A DNA stretch of 64,000 nucleotides from an uncultured Acidobacteriota bacterium (GTDB taxonomy: Bacteria; Acidobacteriota; Thermoanaerobaculia; Gp7-AA8). Location: positions 512,001-576,000 of the forward strand of contig CAWGHO010000003.1 in assembly GCA_963822445.1 (NCBI GenBank). Reading direction: 5' to 3'. The position numbers and the translations under genes are program-made. The notes below the pieces were generated by a model. It had not been told where the DNA came from, searched no databases, and worked only from the letters and a program-made list of their open reading frames with translations. Position 1 is the stretch's first letter; each line of letters starts with the position of its first letter. Shown here in pieces: positions 9,825 through 23,680 of the stretch.

Positions 9825-12800
9825 ATGACCGCGAACCGCCGTTTGCTCGTCTCTTCGTTCTTGTTCTTTGCGTTGTTTCCGGTGTTGGCAGGTGCGGCCA
9901 CGATCGAGTTCCGCACCCTGATCGACGTCGACAACAACGGGGCAACGGGTTGCGCGACCGGTGGACTGACCGGAGTCGAGCACGTGGTCGTAACCGTGGT
10001 GAAGACGGACGCCACCAGCGGCGCGGTGGAGCAATCTTATCGACTGGCCTGCTCGGGCGGCTCGCTCGGTTCGCCGATCGACGTCAACACGAGCGGATGG
10101 CCGGTCGGATTCAACGCGGCGAGCGGCGGAATGCTCGTCGAGAATCGCATCGCTTTCTCAACCCTTGGCGGCGGCATGCCCAGCGGCCTTCGCCTCGCCT
10201 TCGACGCCCGCAGCGGCAGCTCGACTCACAGCGCGACGGCCACTTCGACCGGCGCGTCGATCATCTATCCCGAGCGTTCCGGCAAGCGTCGTTCGGTGGC
10301 GGCGCCGGGCGGCGACCAGCGGTTTTTCCAGCTCGATGGCAACGGCGCGGACTGGGGCGCGATCGACCCGGTCGTCAACGGCATCGCCGGCGACGGCACC
10401 GCCGCAATCCGCATGATCAAAGCGTTCGCGTACGCGAATGCGACCGATGAATTCGTGTACTTCCGCGTCGACGCGAACGGCGGCTCGGACGCCCCGTTTG
10501 CTGAAGATGACGAGTACTCGCGCACGACCGGCCAGGCCACCTTGTCGGTCCCGGCACCGGGCGTGCTCTCGAACGACGGCGACCCGAACGGCCAGCCCCT
10601 CACGGCGCTTCCGGTCAGCCCCGCGACGCACGGCGACGTCACCCTGAACGCGGACGGCAGCTTCACCTACTCACCGGCCGACCCGAGCTCGTCGCAGACG
10701 GACTCCTTCCAGTACAAGGCCACGAACGGCGCGCAGGACTCGAACGTGGCCAAGGTCACGATCAAAGTGTCTACCGTCGCGAACCTCGCGCCGGTGGCTG
10801 TGAACGACTCGCAGAGCACGAGCGAAGATCAGACGCTCAATGTCGGGGCGCCGGGCGTTCTCGCCAACGACAGCGATCCCGACGGCGACACGATGACGGC
10901 GACCAAGCTCACCGATCCGTCCAACGGCTCGGTGGTCGTCAACCCCGACGGCTCGTTCACCTACACCCCGAACCTCGACTTCTTCGGTACGGACACCTTC
11001 ACCTACGAAGTCAGCGATGGCGAGGCCACCTCCGTCGCCACCGTGACCATCACCGTCGAGAGCGTGAACGATGCGCCGACCGTCTCGCCGGCCACGTTCT
11101 CGGTCGACGAGAACGCCGCCAACGGCACGGTCGTCGGCACCGTCAACATGAATGACGTCGACGCGGGCGACTCCCACGGCTTCGCGATCACCGGCGGCAA
11201 CACCGGCGGCGTCTTCGCGATCAGCAACTCCGGCCAGATCACGGTTGCCAACAACGCCGCGCTCGACTTCGAAGTCACCCCGTCCTACAGCCTCACCGTG
11301 ACGGTGACGGACAACGGAATCCCGGCCCAGTCGGGCAGCGCCACGATCACGATCACCGTGAACGACCAGAACGAGGCCCCGGTGGCAGCCAATGACGCCG
11401 CTACGATCCTCGAGGACGGCAACGTCAACGTGGTTGCGCCCGGTCTGCTGGCGAACGACACCGATCAGGAAGGTGACACGCTCACCGCGACGAAGCTCAC
11501 CGATCCGGCGAACGGAACCGCGACCGTCGCGGCCAACGGCGCCTGGACCTATCAGCCGAACCCGAACTTCAACGGCACCGACAGCTTCACCTACCAGGTC
11601 AGCGACGGCACGAACACGTCGAACATCGCCACCGTGACCATCACCGTCACCGCGGTCAACGACACGCCGTCGTTCACGGCCGGCCCGAACGTCGTCTCCG
11701 ACGAAGACACGCCGTTCAGCGCCGGTTGGGCAACGGGCATCAGCGCTGGTCCGGCCGACGAAGCCGGCCAGACGCTTACGTTCAACGTCAACTCCGACAA
11801 CCCGGGCCTGTTCCAGTCCGGACCGACGATTTCGTCGACCGGCGTTCTGAGCTTCACGCCGGCGTTGAACGCGATCGGCGTGGCCAATGTGACGGTTTCC
11901 CTGTCCGACAACGGCGGGGGAGCGAACACCAGCGGCACCCAGAACTTCACCATCACCGTGAACGCGGTCAACGACGCGCCGTCCTTCACCGCCGGTCCGA
12001 ATCAGACCGTCAACGAAGACGCCGGCCCGCAGACGGTGAACCCGTGGGCCACCGGCATCACCCCCGGACCGGCCGATGAGGCGGGACAGACCGTCGCCTT
12101 CGCGATCACGAACAACACCAATCCGGCGCTCTTCTCCGCCGGCCCGACCGTCTCGCCGACCGGCGTACTGACGTATCAGGCCGCGGTCAATGCCAGCGGC
12201 GTCGCGACGATCACGCTGGTCCTCTCCGACAACGGCAGCAACGTCGCGCCGAACGTCAACACCTCCGCGCCGCAGTCGTTCACGATCACGATCAACGCCG
12301 TGAACGACGCGCCGGTCAACAGCGTGCCGGGTGCGCAAACCGTCGCGGAAGGGGGGACGATTGTCTTCTCGGCAGCGAACGGCAATCTGATCTCGATATC
12401 GGACGTCGACGCCGGATCGGGTCCGTTCCTAGGCGCAATGTCGTGCAGCAATTGCAATATGACAGTTGCGACCGGCTTCGGCGCGACAATCACACAGAAC
12501 GGCACGTCGTCTGTTGTCATCGAGGGCACGCTTGCGCAGGTAAACGCAGCGCTGAGCTCCGTGACATACACGTTGAACGCTGATTCCAACGGACCTCAGA
12601 CGATTACCGTTCAGGCCGATGACCGGGGCTCGACGGGAGCGGGCGGGGGTCTCTTGGACACGGACGTCATCAACGTCACCGTCACGGAAGTCAACGACCC
12701 GCCGACGCCGACGAATGACGCCACTACCACGCCGGAAGACGTGCCGCTCGCCTTCGCCGCCGCCACGCTGACCACCAACGACAGCGCCGGCCCGGCCAAC

Positions 12801-15800
12801 GAGAGCGGCCAGACCCTCACCGTCACGGCAGTTTCCGCGACCTCCACCCAGGGCGGCACGGTCACCCTCGTCGCCGGCACGATCACCTACACGCCGCCCG
12901 TGAATTTCAACGGCACCGACACCTTTACTTACACGGTCACCGATAACGGCACGACCAACGGCGGCGCCGATCCGCAGAGCGCGGTCGGGACGGTCACCGT
13001 CACCGTGACCGAGGTCAATGACGCGCCGGTTGCGACCGACGACGCCACCGCGGCGACGGAAGACACGCCGCTGGCCTTTGCCGCCGCCACCCTGACCACC
13101 AACGACAGCGCAGGCCCGGCCAACGAGAGCAGTCAGACGCTCACCGTCACCGGTGTTTCAGCGACCTCCGCGCAGGGCGGCACGGTCACCCTCGTCGCCG
13201 GCACCATCACTTACACGCCGCCGGCGAACTACTTCGGCGCAGACAGCTTCACCTACACCGTCACCGACAACGGCACGACCAACGGCGTCGCCGCTCCGCT
13301 CACCGACACCGGCACGGTCAACGTGACCGTCTCCGCAGTGAACGACGTGCCGCTCCTCACCGTTGCCGGCGCGGTCACGCACACCGAGGGTGGCGCGGCC
13401 ACGAACGTCGCCACGGCGGCCAACATCTCCGACGTCGACGACACCAACATCGAGTCGGCCACCGTCCAGATCAGCGGCAACTTCGCGGTCGGCGAGGACG
13501 TCCTCTCGTTCGTCAACACGCCGCAGATCACCGGAAGCTTCGTCGGCGATACGCTGACGCTCACCGGCAGCGACACGCTGGCGAACTACATCGCCGCGCT
13601 GCAGGCCATCCAGTACACGAACACCTCCGACACACCGTCGACGCTCCAGCGCACGCTTACGTGGATCGTCAACGACGGCAGCGGGAACAGCAACACCCAG
13701 AACACGACGGTCGACGTGACCGCGACGAACGATGGGCCGGTCAACACCGTTCCGGTCGCGCAGTTGGTGTCCGAGGACACGCAGCTCACGTTCAACCTCG
13801 CGAACGGCAACCTGATCTCCATCGCCGACGCGGACGCGAATCCGGATGACGTCCAGGTCACCCTCAACGTCACCAACGGCACGGTAACCCTCAATCCGGC
13901 GGCGACCGGCGCGCTGACCACGCTCACCGGCGACGGCACGGGCACCGTGGTCGCCACGGGCACGGTGGCCGAGATCAACGCCGCCCTCGATGGACTGGTC
14001 TTCCAGGGCATCGCCAACTACACCGGCGCGGCCTCGATCGAGATCGTCACCAACGACCTCGGCAACAACCCCAGCGGCGCCTCGACGACACGGACACTGT
14101 CGCGATCACCATCAACCAGATCAACGATCCGCCGGTCGCTCACCGTCACCGGCGCGGTCACGCACAACGAGGCGGCGCAGCCACGAACCTCGCCACGGCG
14201 GCGAACATCACCGACGTCGACGACACCAACATCGAGTCAGCGACGATCCAGATCACCGGCAACTTCGCCAGCGCCGAGGACGTCCTCTCCTTCGTCAACA
14301 CCCCGACCGATCATCGGCGTCGTCGCCGGCGACACGCTGACCCTGACCGGCAGCGACACGCTGGCGAACTACATCGCCGCGCTGCAGGCCGTGCAGTACA
14401 CCAACACCTCGGATACCCCGTCTACGCTGCAGCGCACGCTCACCTGGACCGTCAACGACGGCAGTATAACAGCAACACCCAGACGACGACGCTCGACGTC
14501 ACCGCGACCAACGACGGCCCGGTCAACACGTCGCCGTTGGCGTCGCGACACGAATGAAGACACGCCGGTGGTCATCAACGGCGCCAAGCGATTCCATCGC
14601 CGACGCCGATGCGCGTCCGACGACGTGCAGATCACGCTGAACGTGACCGGCGGTACGGTCGCACTCGACCCACGCCACCGGTGCGCTGACCACCCTGACC
14701 GGCGACGGCGGCGGCAACCGTCGTCGCCACCGGCACGTCGCCGAGATCAACGACGCCCTCGACGGCATGACCTTCGCCCGACGCCAATCCAGCGGCACCG
14801 CTCGATTCAGGTGGTCACCGACGATCTCGGCAACAATCCGAGCGGCACCTCACCGACACCGATTCCTTCAACATCACCATCAATCCGATCAACGATGCGC
14901 CGGCACTCACCGTGACCGGTTCGCCGACCTTCGGCGAGAACGGATCGCCCGTCCTGATCGCCTCGGCCGTCAACATTACCGACGTCGACGACACCAACAT
15001 CGAATCGGCCACGATCACCATTCCGCGAACTTCCAGGCGCTCGACGTGCTGAATTCACCAACACGCCGAACATCACCGGCAGCTTCGTCGGCAGCACGTT
15101 GACGCTCACCGGCAGCGACACGCTCGCCAACTACATCGCCGCCCTGCAGTCGGTCGAGTTCTCGCACGGCTCGGAGAACCCGTCGACGGCCCAACGCACC
15201 ATCACCTGGACTGTCAACGACGGCGACAGCAACAGCAACACGCAGAACACGACCGCCGACGTGACCGCAGTCAACGACGCGCCGATCAACACCGTCGCGG
15301 TCGGGGCGGTCACGGACGAAGACATGCCGCTGACCATCAACGACGCGTCCATTACGGACGTCGACGCCAATCCGGACGATGTCCAGATCACCCTCAACGT
15401 CACCAGCGGTACGGTGGCCCTCGATCCGGCCGCCACGGGCGCGCTGGCGACCCTGACCGGCGACGGTACGGCCACCGTTGTTGCTACCGGCACGGTCGCG
15501 GAGATCAATGCCGCGCTGAGCGGCATGGTCTTCACCCCGACACCCGACTTCAGCGGCACCGCGTCGATTCAGATGGTCACCGACGACCTCGGCAACAACC
15601 CGAGCGGCGCGATCACCGACACCGACTCGTTCAACATCACCGTCAACAACCTCAACGATGCGCCGGTCCTCACCGTGACCGGCGCGCCGACCTTCGCCGA
15701 AAACGGCTCGGCGGTGGCGATCGCCTCGAGCGCCAATATCACCGACGTCGACGACACGAACATCGAGTCGGCCACCATCACCATTACTAATGTGCAGACC

Positions 15801-18800
15801 GGCGACGTGTTGAACTTCGTCAACACGCCGAACATCACCGGCAACTTCGCGGCCGGCGTGCTCACGCTGACCGGCAGCGACACCAAGGCCGCGTACATCG
15901 CCGCCCTGCAGTCCATCACCTTCTCGAACGCCTCCGACAACCCGTCGATCACCCAGCGCCTCCTCACCTGGGTCGTCAACGACGGCAACATCAACAGCAA
16001 CACCCAGAACACCACCATCGACGTGACGGCGACCAACGACGCGCCGGTGAACACCGTCGCCGTCGGTGTGACGACGAACGAAGACACGCCGGTGGTCATC
16101 AACGGCGCGTCGATCGCCGATCCGGACGCAGATCCGGACGACGTCCAGATCACGCTGAACGTCACCGGCGGTACGGTGGCCCTCGACCCGACGGCCACCG
16201 GCGCGCTGGCGACGCTGACCGGCGACGGCTCGGCCACTGTCGTTGCTACCGGCACGGTCGCGGAGATCAACGTCGCGCTCTCCGGCATGACCTTCACCCC
16301 GACGCCTGACTCGAACCTGAACACCGTCAGCGCGGCGATCCAGATGGTCACCGACGATCTCGGCAACAACCCGAGCGGCGCCATCACCGACACCGACTCG
16401 TTCGGCATCACGGTGAATGCAGTCAACGACCCGCCGAGCTTCACTCCGGGCACCGACATCACCGTGCCGGAAGACGCCGGCAACGTCATCTCCCCGAACT
16501 GGGCAATGAACCGCAGCAAGGGACCGGCTGACGAAAACGGACAGGTCCTCACGTTCACCGCCACCGTCACCGGCACGACCGGCACGCTGACGTTCCAGAC
16601 CGCCCCGGCCGTGAACGCCACCACCGGCACCCTGACCTTCCGGGCCAACGACAACACCTGCGGCACGGCGACGGTCGACATCTTCCTGACCGATGACGCC
16701 GGCACGCCGGGCGTCCCGGGCGATGATCTCAGCGGGCCGACGCACACCCTCAACCTCATCATCCAGTGCGTCAATGACACCCCAAGCTTCACCAAGGGCC
16801 CGGACCAGACCGTCGACGAAGACGCAGCCGCGCAGACCATCAACCCCTGGGCCACGGCCATCAGCCCCGGCCCCGGTGAGACCGATGCTCTGACCTTCAA
16901 CGTCTCGAACGACAACAATGCGCTCTTCACCGCGGGCGGCCAGCCGGCCGTTTCGCCGACCGGCGTACTGACCTACACCCCGGCGCCGAACGCGAACGGC
17001 ACCACCATCGTCACCGTCACTCTCACCGACGACGCCGGCACCCCGGGCGTTCCGGGCGACGACGTCACCACCGCACCGCAGACGTTCAACATCACCATCA
17101 ACGCGGTGAACGACGCTCCGAGCTTCTCCATCGCCGGCGACCCGCCGTTCGTCGTCCTCGGCTCGGGCGCGCAGACCGTCAACGGCTACGCGACCAGCAT
17201 CACCGACGGCGATCCGGAACTGACGCAGGTCCTGACTTTCAACCTCAGCCAGACCGCGAACAGCGGCACCCTGGCGTTCGACGTGGCCCCGGCCATCGAT
17301 CCGTCAACCGGCAACCTGACCTACACGCCGAGCGCCGGCACCCACGGGACGGTGACGTTCAGCGTCACGCTCAGCGACAACGGCTCGAACACCGCACCGA
17401 ACGTGAATGTCTCCGGTGCGCAGAGCTTCACCATCGCCGTGGAGAAGGCTCCGGAAGTCACCACCACCGTGCCGGTCAACGGCGCGACGGGTGTGAGCAC
17501 GTCCACGAACATCACCGTCAACTTCGACGAGCCGGTCTCGGTCACGCTGGTTCCGGCCTCGTTCAAGATCAACTGCAACGCCGGTGCGGATCTCGCGTTC
17601 GCCTACGTCGGCGGAACGACCAACGTCACCACCGTGACGCTCGACCCGACGGCCACGCTGCCGGCCGGCAACTGCGTCGTGACCGTCGTCGCCAACGAGG
17701 TGCATGACACCGACGCGTACGATCCGCCGGATGGTCTCGCCGCCGACTACGTGTTCAGCTTCGTCACCAACACGCCGCCGACCGCAGTCGACGACAACGC
17801 GACGGCCCTCGGCCATGTCACGCTGACGGTCGCCGATGGGGCGGGCGTGCTCGGCAACGACACCGACCCGGATGCGGGCGCGGACATGGACATCCAGAAC
17901 TTCGGTACGCCCATCACCACCACGCAGGGCGGCACGATCACCTTCACGAAGGAAGGCGGCTACACCTACAACTCACAGGCGCTCGACCAGAACATCACCG
18001 ACACGGTCAACTACACGGTGACCGACCAGTTCGGCGGCACCGACGTCGGCCAGCTCTCGATCAACCTCGGACCGCGCTTCATCTACGTCGACGACGATCA
18101 CCCGACGGTGACGCCGGACGGCCGCGACATCCATCCGTGGAAGACGCTGCAGCAGGCCCAGGCCAACTCGGCGGCGGGCGACACCATCCTGGTCAAGTCC
18201 GGTACGTATACCGACTTCATCGTCCTGCAGGCCAACCAGAGGCTGATTGGCCAGGGCATCGCCGCGAACCTCACGCAGCTCCACAACGCAGTCAACTTCA
18301 CCGTGCTCACGACCGGCGCGGCACCGAGCCTCTCCCGTGCCACCGCTGGTGACACGATCACGCTGGGGGCCAACAACGTCATCCGCGGCGTAGCCATCGG
18401 CGCGTCCAACGGCCGGGGCGTCGTCGGCAATGCCTTCACCTCGGTGACGATCAGCGAATCGTCGATCTCCACGACCGGCGGCGCGGCTCTCGATCTCACC
18501 ACCGGCGCGGCGACGATCACCCTGAGCAGTACCTCGTCGACGAACAGCACCGGCACGGGCGTCAACCTCGTCGGCATCACCGGCTCGGTCGATCTCGGCA
18601 CGGGCAGCATCACCAATCCGACCGGTATCGCCTTCAACGCGACCGGCGGCACCGCGGCCATCACCTACGCCGGCAACGTCAGCGCCGGCGGCGCCGGCGC
18701 GGTAGTCATCGCCACGCGCGCGGCGGGCAGCGGCAATGTCACCCTCTCAGGCACCATCACCGGCTCGGCGAACGGCATCGGCATCAACGTGAACAACGTC

Positions 18801-21800
18801 ACTGTCGGCACCGTCACCTTCAGCGGCGCGAAGAACCTGTCGACCGGCGCCAACGCCGGCGTGAGCCTCTCCACGAACACCGGCGGTACCATCGTCTTCA
18901 GCGGCGGTGCGCTCGCGATCACCACCACCACCGGCACCGGCTTCACGGCCACCGCCGGCGGTACGGTCACCGTCCTCGGAGCCGCGAACACCATCAACAC
19001 CACCGGCGCGGCCTCGGCAGCCTTGAACCTCAACGCCGTGACGATGTCGGCCGGCAACGGCGTCACCTTCAACTCCGTGAGCGCCGGCGCCACCACCGTG
19101 ACCGGCGTCAGTCTGACCGGCCTCCTCGGCACGGGCGGCGTCACGATCAACGGCGGTACGAACTCGGCCGTCACCGGCGTCGCCCTCAGCACGATGGGCA
19201 CGGTCGGCACGTCGCTGAACAACCTCACGATCAACGGCACGACCGGCATCACGGGAGTCGCCGGCTTCGGCACGCTCACGGTGTCGGGCGTGACGGTCAG
19301 CGCGGGGAATCAGGCCCTCAGTCTGGCGACCGGCACCGTGAACGGCACCTTCACCAGCGTCGGAGCCACCGGCAACGGCAACGTCTCGCCGGTCTTCCTG
19401 GGCGCCGTAGCCGGTACCTTCACCGTCAGCGGCGGCGCAGTCGCCGATGCCGGTGCGGCGAACACCGTCTTCCATGTCATCGGCGGCACTGCAGCGATCA
19501 CCTGGAACGGCACGCTCACGCAGGGCAACGCCGCCGCGCTCGTCGACGTCTCCGGAACCCACACCGGCAGCCTCACCTTCGGCGCGAACCTCACCGCTTC
19601 GGCTGGTACGGGTTTCGTCTTCAATGACGCGGACGGCATCTACAACATCAACGGCGCGACCAATAACCTGACGGGCGGCGCGCGCATCAGCATCACCGGC
19701 GGGTCGGCGGGAACGTTCTCGTTCAGCGCGGGCACCTCTGTCACCAACGCGACCGCCAACGCGGCCTTCGCTTTCGACACCAGCACCGGCGGGGTCACCT
19801 ACAGCGGCAACATCACCCAGACCGGTGCGCAGCGCGCGGTGTCGATCAACAACCAGGCGTCCGGCACGATCACCTTCCAGACCAACACCATCGCCTGCAA
19901 CACCAGTTGCACCGGCATCGTCCTGAGCAACGCCGACGGCACGGTCAACTTCAACGGCACGAACACGCTGAACGGCGCCAACGCCGGGATCGACATCGAC
20001 ACCGGCTCGGGCGGCACGTTCTCCTTCGCGTCTACGTCATCGGTCACCACCACGGCAGACATCGCCTTCCGCATGAACGGGAGCCAGCCGACGTCGATGA
20101 CCTATGGCGGTACGCTCACCAACAACAGCGGCCGTGCGGTGGAGGTCAGTTACACCGCTGCCGCCACCGGCAACTGCGGCGCGGCGACGAACTTCAACGG
20201 CAACATCACCAGCAACGGGGCCAGCGCGTCGGGCATCTTCATCGACCGCTGCAGCGGCGGCACGATCGGATTCTCAGGCGCGACCAAGACCCTCAACACC
20301 GCGGGCAACAACGCCGTGACGATCTCGACGAACGGCGCCACGGTGAACTTCACCAACGGCGGTCTGGACATCGACACCACCAGCGGCACTGGCTTCACCG
20401 CAGCGGGTGGCGGCACGGTCACGGTGCAGACGGGCGGAAACCCGAACAGCATCCTGACCCTGACCGGCACGGCGCTGACGATGAACGCCACGCAGATCGG
20501 CGCGGCGGGCATGACCTTCCGCAGCATCAACACCGACGGCAACGACACCTTGCCGACCAACTCCATCTCCCTGGTGAGCACCGGCACGGCAGGCGGCGTG
20601 ACCGTCACCGGCAACGGCGGCTCGTGCACAGCGGGAACGCCGACGTGCACTGGCGGAACTCTGCAGGACACGGCGGGCGACGCCATCTTCCTCAACAACA
20701 CCGGCAAGCACTCGTTCGGGCTGATGCGGATCACCAGCAACCTCGGCAGCGGTATCCGCGGCAACACCGTCAACGGCCTGGTCGTCGATACCTGCCTCGT
20801 CACCAGCAACGGCAACAGCGCCGCGACCGACGAGTCGGGCTTCGACGTCGACGAGCTCACCGGAACCGCGCGCGCGGGCACGCATCCGACGAAGATCGTC
20901 AACAGCACCTTCTCGGAGAACTGGGAGTTCCAGATTCAGGTCACCAACACGACCGGCACGCTCCCGGATCTGTTCCTCGACAGCAACGTCGTCAGCAGCA
21001 CGGGCGCGAGCCCCGACACCGGCAACCTGGTGAACGTCCTCGGCTCGAGCACGGCCAACATCACCGTGGCCGTCAACGCCGGGACTTACACCGGCAACGC
21101 CCCGGCCACCGCAACGGGCATGCATCTCGACACGAGCGGCGGAAGCATGAATGCAACCGTCACCGGCGGCACGTACACCAACAACAACGCCGCCGTGAAC
21201 GTCTCCACGGCGACCACCGGCGTGCTGACGTTCGAGGTCAACGGCGTCTCGGCGACCGGCAACCGCTCGCACGCTTTGAATCTGTTCGTCGCCGCCAGTT
21301 CCACCGGCTCGGTGAGTGGAAAGTTCCTCAACAACACCGTCGGTACGAGCGGCGTGAGCGGTTCGGGCTCCAATCTCGGCTTCGGGATCCGCGTGCAGAA
21401 CGAGTCCACCAACGGGGCGGCCATGCCCGTGACCGTGCTGATCAACGGCAATACCGTGCAGGAGACCACCAGCTTCAACCTGATCAACGTCAACCAGGGC
21501 ATCGCCAGCGGCAACGCCTCGCCGACCTACGCGACCATCACAGGCAACACGCTCGGCGACTCCGGGCAGCGCGGAATCGTCTTCGAGCAGAACAACAACG
21601 TGAACACCACCGGCTCGGCGGGCACGGCCTGCATCGACGCCTCGGGCAACAACTTCGCCGGCACGTTCGTCGGACAGGCCGGTGACGGATCGAAGTTCCG
21701 GTTGCGCGAGCTCACCGGCGGCACCTTCAGCGTGAGGCAGACCAGCGCGGCCGACATCGCCGCGCAGAACACGAACCTGGCCGTTGGCCAGATCAGCATC

Positions 21801-21845
21801 GGCGGCAGCCCGGACTTCAACGGCGGGGCCTGTCCGCAGCCTTGA
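9825..21845 (+). CDS. Giant surface protein 1 (~4000 aa): Sec signal, many Ig/cadherin-like (Big_9/tandem-95 type) repeats, SbsA-type Ig domain, C-terminal beta-helix; frameshifted in ~14080-15060
   Basis: ORFs 9717..14915 and 15099..21845 carry the same repeat types and are bridged by a damaged repeat copy; signal MTANRRLLVSSFLFFALFPVLAGA; repeats ND(A/T)P..ED..GVLAND.D..FTYTP..F.GTD.FTY; cadherin-like ENAANGTVVG..LDFE; G/T/N-rich beta-solenoid from ~18080; ends GGACPQP. Confidence 0.85.
13341..16424 (+). repeat. Four tandem ~770 bp intragenic repeats, each encoding two Ig-like domains
   Basis: Units begin ~13341, 14123, 14891, 15655; near-identical DVDDTNIESAT, LTLTGSDT, DDVQITLNVT, DLGNNPSG coding segments. 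Confidence 0.85.
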
Positions 21846-21875
21846 TGCGATTCTTTGAAGTCGGATAGTGCCGAC

Positions 21876-21925
21876 AGGGGGGTGGCGATGTTGAAAACCA
21901 TCGCTCCCCCCTTCGTTTTTTCTTT
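21876..21925 (+). terminator. Intrinsic terminator after giant protein 1
   Basis: AGGGGGGTGGCGATG-TTGAAAAC-CATCGCTCCCCCCT followed by TCGTTTTTTCTTT. Confidence 0.65.
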
Positions 21926-22026
21926 CCGGATCGGCCCGCTTGGGGTGATAATCGGCGCCGGTCCAAATCGTCCGGTCCCCTGACAATCCACGGCTCCACA
22001 TCTACTCAACCAGAGAGAGGAGTTTT

Positions 22027-22542
22027 ATGGCCGAGCCCTTCTTGTCCGAAATCAGGATGTTCAGCTTCAACTTTCCGCCGAAAGGGTGGGCATTCGCCAA
22101 CGGTCAGCTGCTGCCGATCAATCAGAACCAGGCGTTGTTCTCACTCCTGGGAACGACGTACGGCGGCGATGGACGCGTCAATTTCGGCCTCCCGAACCTG
22201 CGGGGATCCGTACCGATTCACTTCGGCAGCGGCTTCACGCTCGGCGAGCGTGCCGGAGCCTACGCGGTCACCATTACCCAGCAGACCATGCCCCAGCACC
22301 TGCACTTCCTGCAGGGTTCCTCGACGCAGGGCAATCAGGTCAATCCCAGCTTCTCCAACGTCGGGAATGTGCTCGCCAAGGATCCCGGCAACGTCTACGC
22401 CGACACGGCTTCGAACCTGGTGCCGCTCAACACCGGCTCGGTGACGAACATCGGCGGCAGCCAGCCGCACGAGAACACGCAGCCCTACCTGGTCATCAAC
22501 TTCTGCATCGCTCTGCAGGGCATCTTCCCGAGCCAGAACTAG
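22027..22542 (+). CDS. Phage tail-collar domain protein (MdpB-like), class A, copy 1
   Basis: EIRMFSFNFPPKGWA..GQLLPINQNQALFSLLGTTYGGDG..FGLPNLRG; PQHLH; GGSQPHENTQPYLVINFCIALQGIFP; RBS GAGGAG. Confidence 0.92.
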   Translation: MAEPFLSEIRMFSFNFPPKGWAFANGQLLPINQNQALFSLLGTTYGGDGRVNFGLPNLRGSVPIHFGSGFTLGERAGAYAVTITQQTMPQHLHFLQGSSTQGNQVNPSFSNVGNVLAKDPGNVYADTASNLVPLNTGSVTNIGGSQPHENTQPYLVINFCIALQGIFPSQN

Positions 22543-22555
22543 AAGGAGAACTGCA

Positions 22556-23071
22556 ATGGCACAACCTTTTATCGGAGAAATCCGCATGTTCGCCGGCAAC
22601 TTCAATCCGAACGGATGGATGTTCTGCGACGGAGCGCTCTTGCCCATTTCAGAAAATGAAGCTCTGTTCCAGCTCATCGGGACGACTTACGGCGGCGACG
22701 GCGAGTCGACGTTCGGTCTTCCGAACCTTCAGAGCCGCGTACCGATGCACTTCGGGTCGAACGGCGGTCAGACGTTCCAGATGGGCGAGGCGGCCGGCGT
22801 CGAGGAAGTGACGCTGACGATCCAGCAGATCCCGGTTCACACCCATCAGCTTTTCGGCAGCGAACAAAACGGCGCCCAGGCCGCGCCTGCGAACAATGTC
22901 CTGGCCAACTCCACGCTCGTGACGCCGTACGCACCGGAGACCCCCGGTACCAACATGGCCGCCACGTCGATCACGCCCATCGGTGGCAGTCAGCCGCACA
23001 CGAACCTGCAGCCCTTCCTGTGCGTCAACTTCATCATTTCCTTGTTCGGGCTCTTCCCGCAGCAATCATAA
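22556..23071 (+). CDS. Phage tail-collar domain protein, class B, copy 1
   Basis: GEIRMFAGNF..GWMFCDG..ISENEALFQLIGTTYGGDG; PVHTH; FIISLFGLFP; RBS AAGGAG. Confidence 0.92.
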   Translation: MAQPFIGEIRMFAGNFNPNGWMFCDGALLPISENEALFQLIGTTYGGDGESTFGLPNLQSRVPMHFGSNGGQTFQMGEAAGVEEVTLTIQQIPVHTHQLFGSEQNGAQAAPANNVLANSTLVTPYAPETPGTNMAATSITPIGGSQPHTNLQPFLCVNFIISLFGLFPQQS

Positions 23072-23086
23072 AGAGGAGAGGGACCA

Positions 23087-23614
23087 ATGGCTGATCCATT
23101 TGTTGCTGAGATCCGGATCTTTCCTTTCAATTTCGCGCCGACGGGCTGGGCGTTCTGCAATGGCCAGATCATGCCGATCAGCCAGAACACGGCACTCTTC
23201 GCGCTCCTCGGCACGACTTACGGCGGGGACGGCAAGTCGACGTTCGCTCTGCCCGATCTCCAGGGCAACGTCCCGCTGCATCCCGGACAGGGACAGGGCC
23301 TTTCGCTCTACGACCTCGGACAGACGGGAGGGGCGTCGAACGTATCTCTCCTGCAGAGCGAGATCCCCGCTCACACCCACACTCTGCGGGCCACTGTCGA
23401 AAACGGGACGCAGGGCTCGGTTACGGCGAACATCACCCTCGCCACTTCCGTCGGCGGGCAGTTGTACCAGAACAACACCAGCGCCAATCTCGCGATCATG
23501 AGCCCGCAGTCGCTCGCGCCGGCGGGCGGAAGTCAGCCCCACAACAACATGATGCCGTACCTCACTCTGAACATGTGCATTGCGCTTCAGGGTGTTTTTC
23601 CGCAGCGTCCATAA
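23087..23614 (+). CDS. Phage tail-collar domain protein, class C, copy 1
   Basis: FVAEIRIFPFNFAPTGWAFCNGQ..SQNTALFALLGTTYGGDGKSTF; PAHTH; CIALQGVFPQRP; RBS GAGGAG. Confidence 0.92.
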   Translation: MADPFVAEIRIFPFNFAPTGWAFCNGQIMPISQNTALFALLGTTYGGDGKSTFALPDLQGNVPLHPGQGQGLSLYDLGQTGGASNVSLLQSEIPAHTHTLRATVENGTQGSVTANITLATSVGGQLYQNNTSANLAIMSPQSLAPAGGSQPHNNMMPYLTLNMCIALQGVFPQRP

Positions 23615-23623
23615 TGAGATAAA

Positions 23624-23680
23624 TCGGACGGCAGCACGCAAGGAAAAAAGCTTGCGTGCTGCCGTCCGAAGACTTAGATT
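23624..23680 (+). promoter_or_regulatory. Perfect 19-bp inverted repeat overlapping a sigma70-like promoter upstream of giant protein 2
   Basis: TCGGACGGCAGCACGCAAG (23624-42) / CTTGCGTGCTGCCGTCCGA (23651-69); TTGCGT 23652-57, 17 nt spacer, TAGATT 23675-80. Confidence 0.55.
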
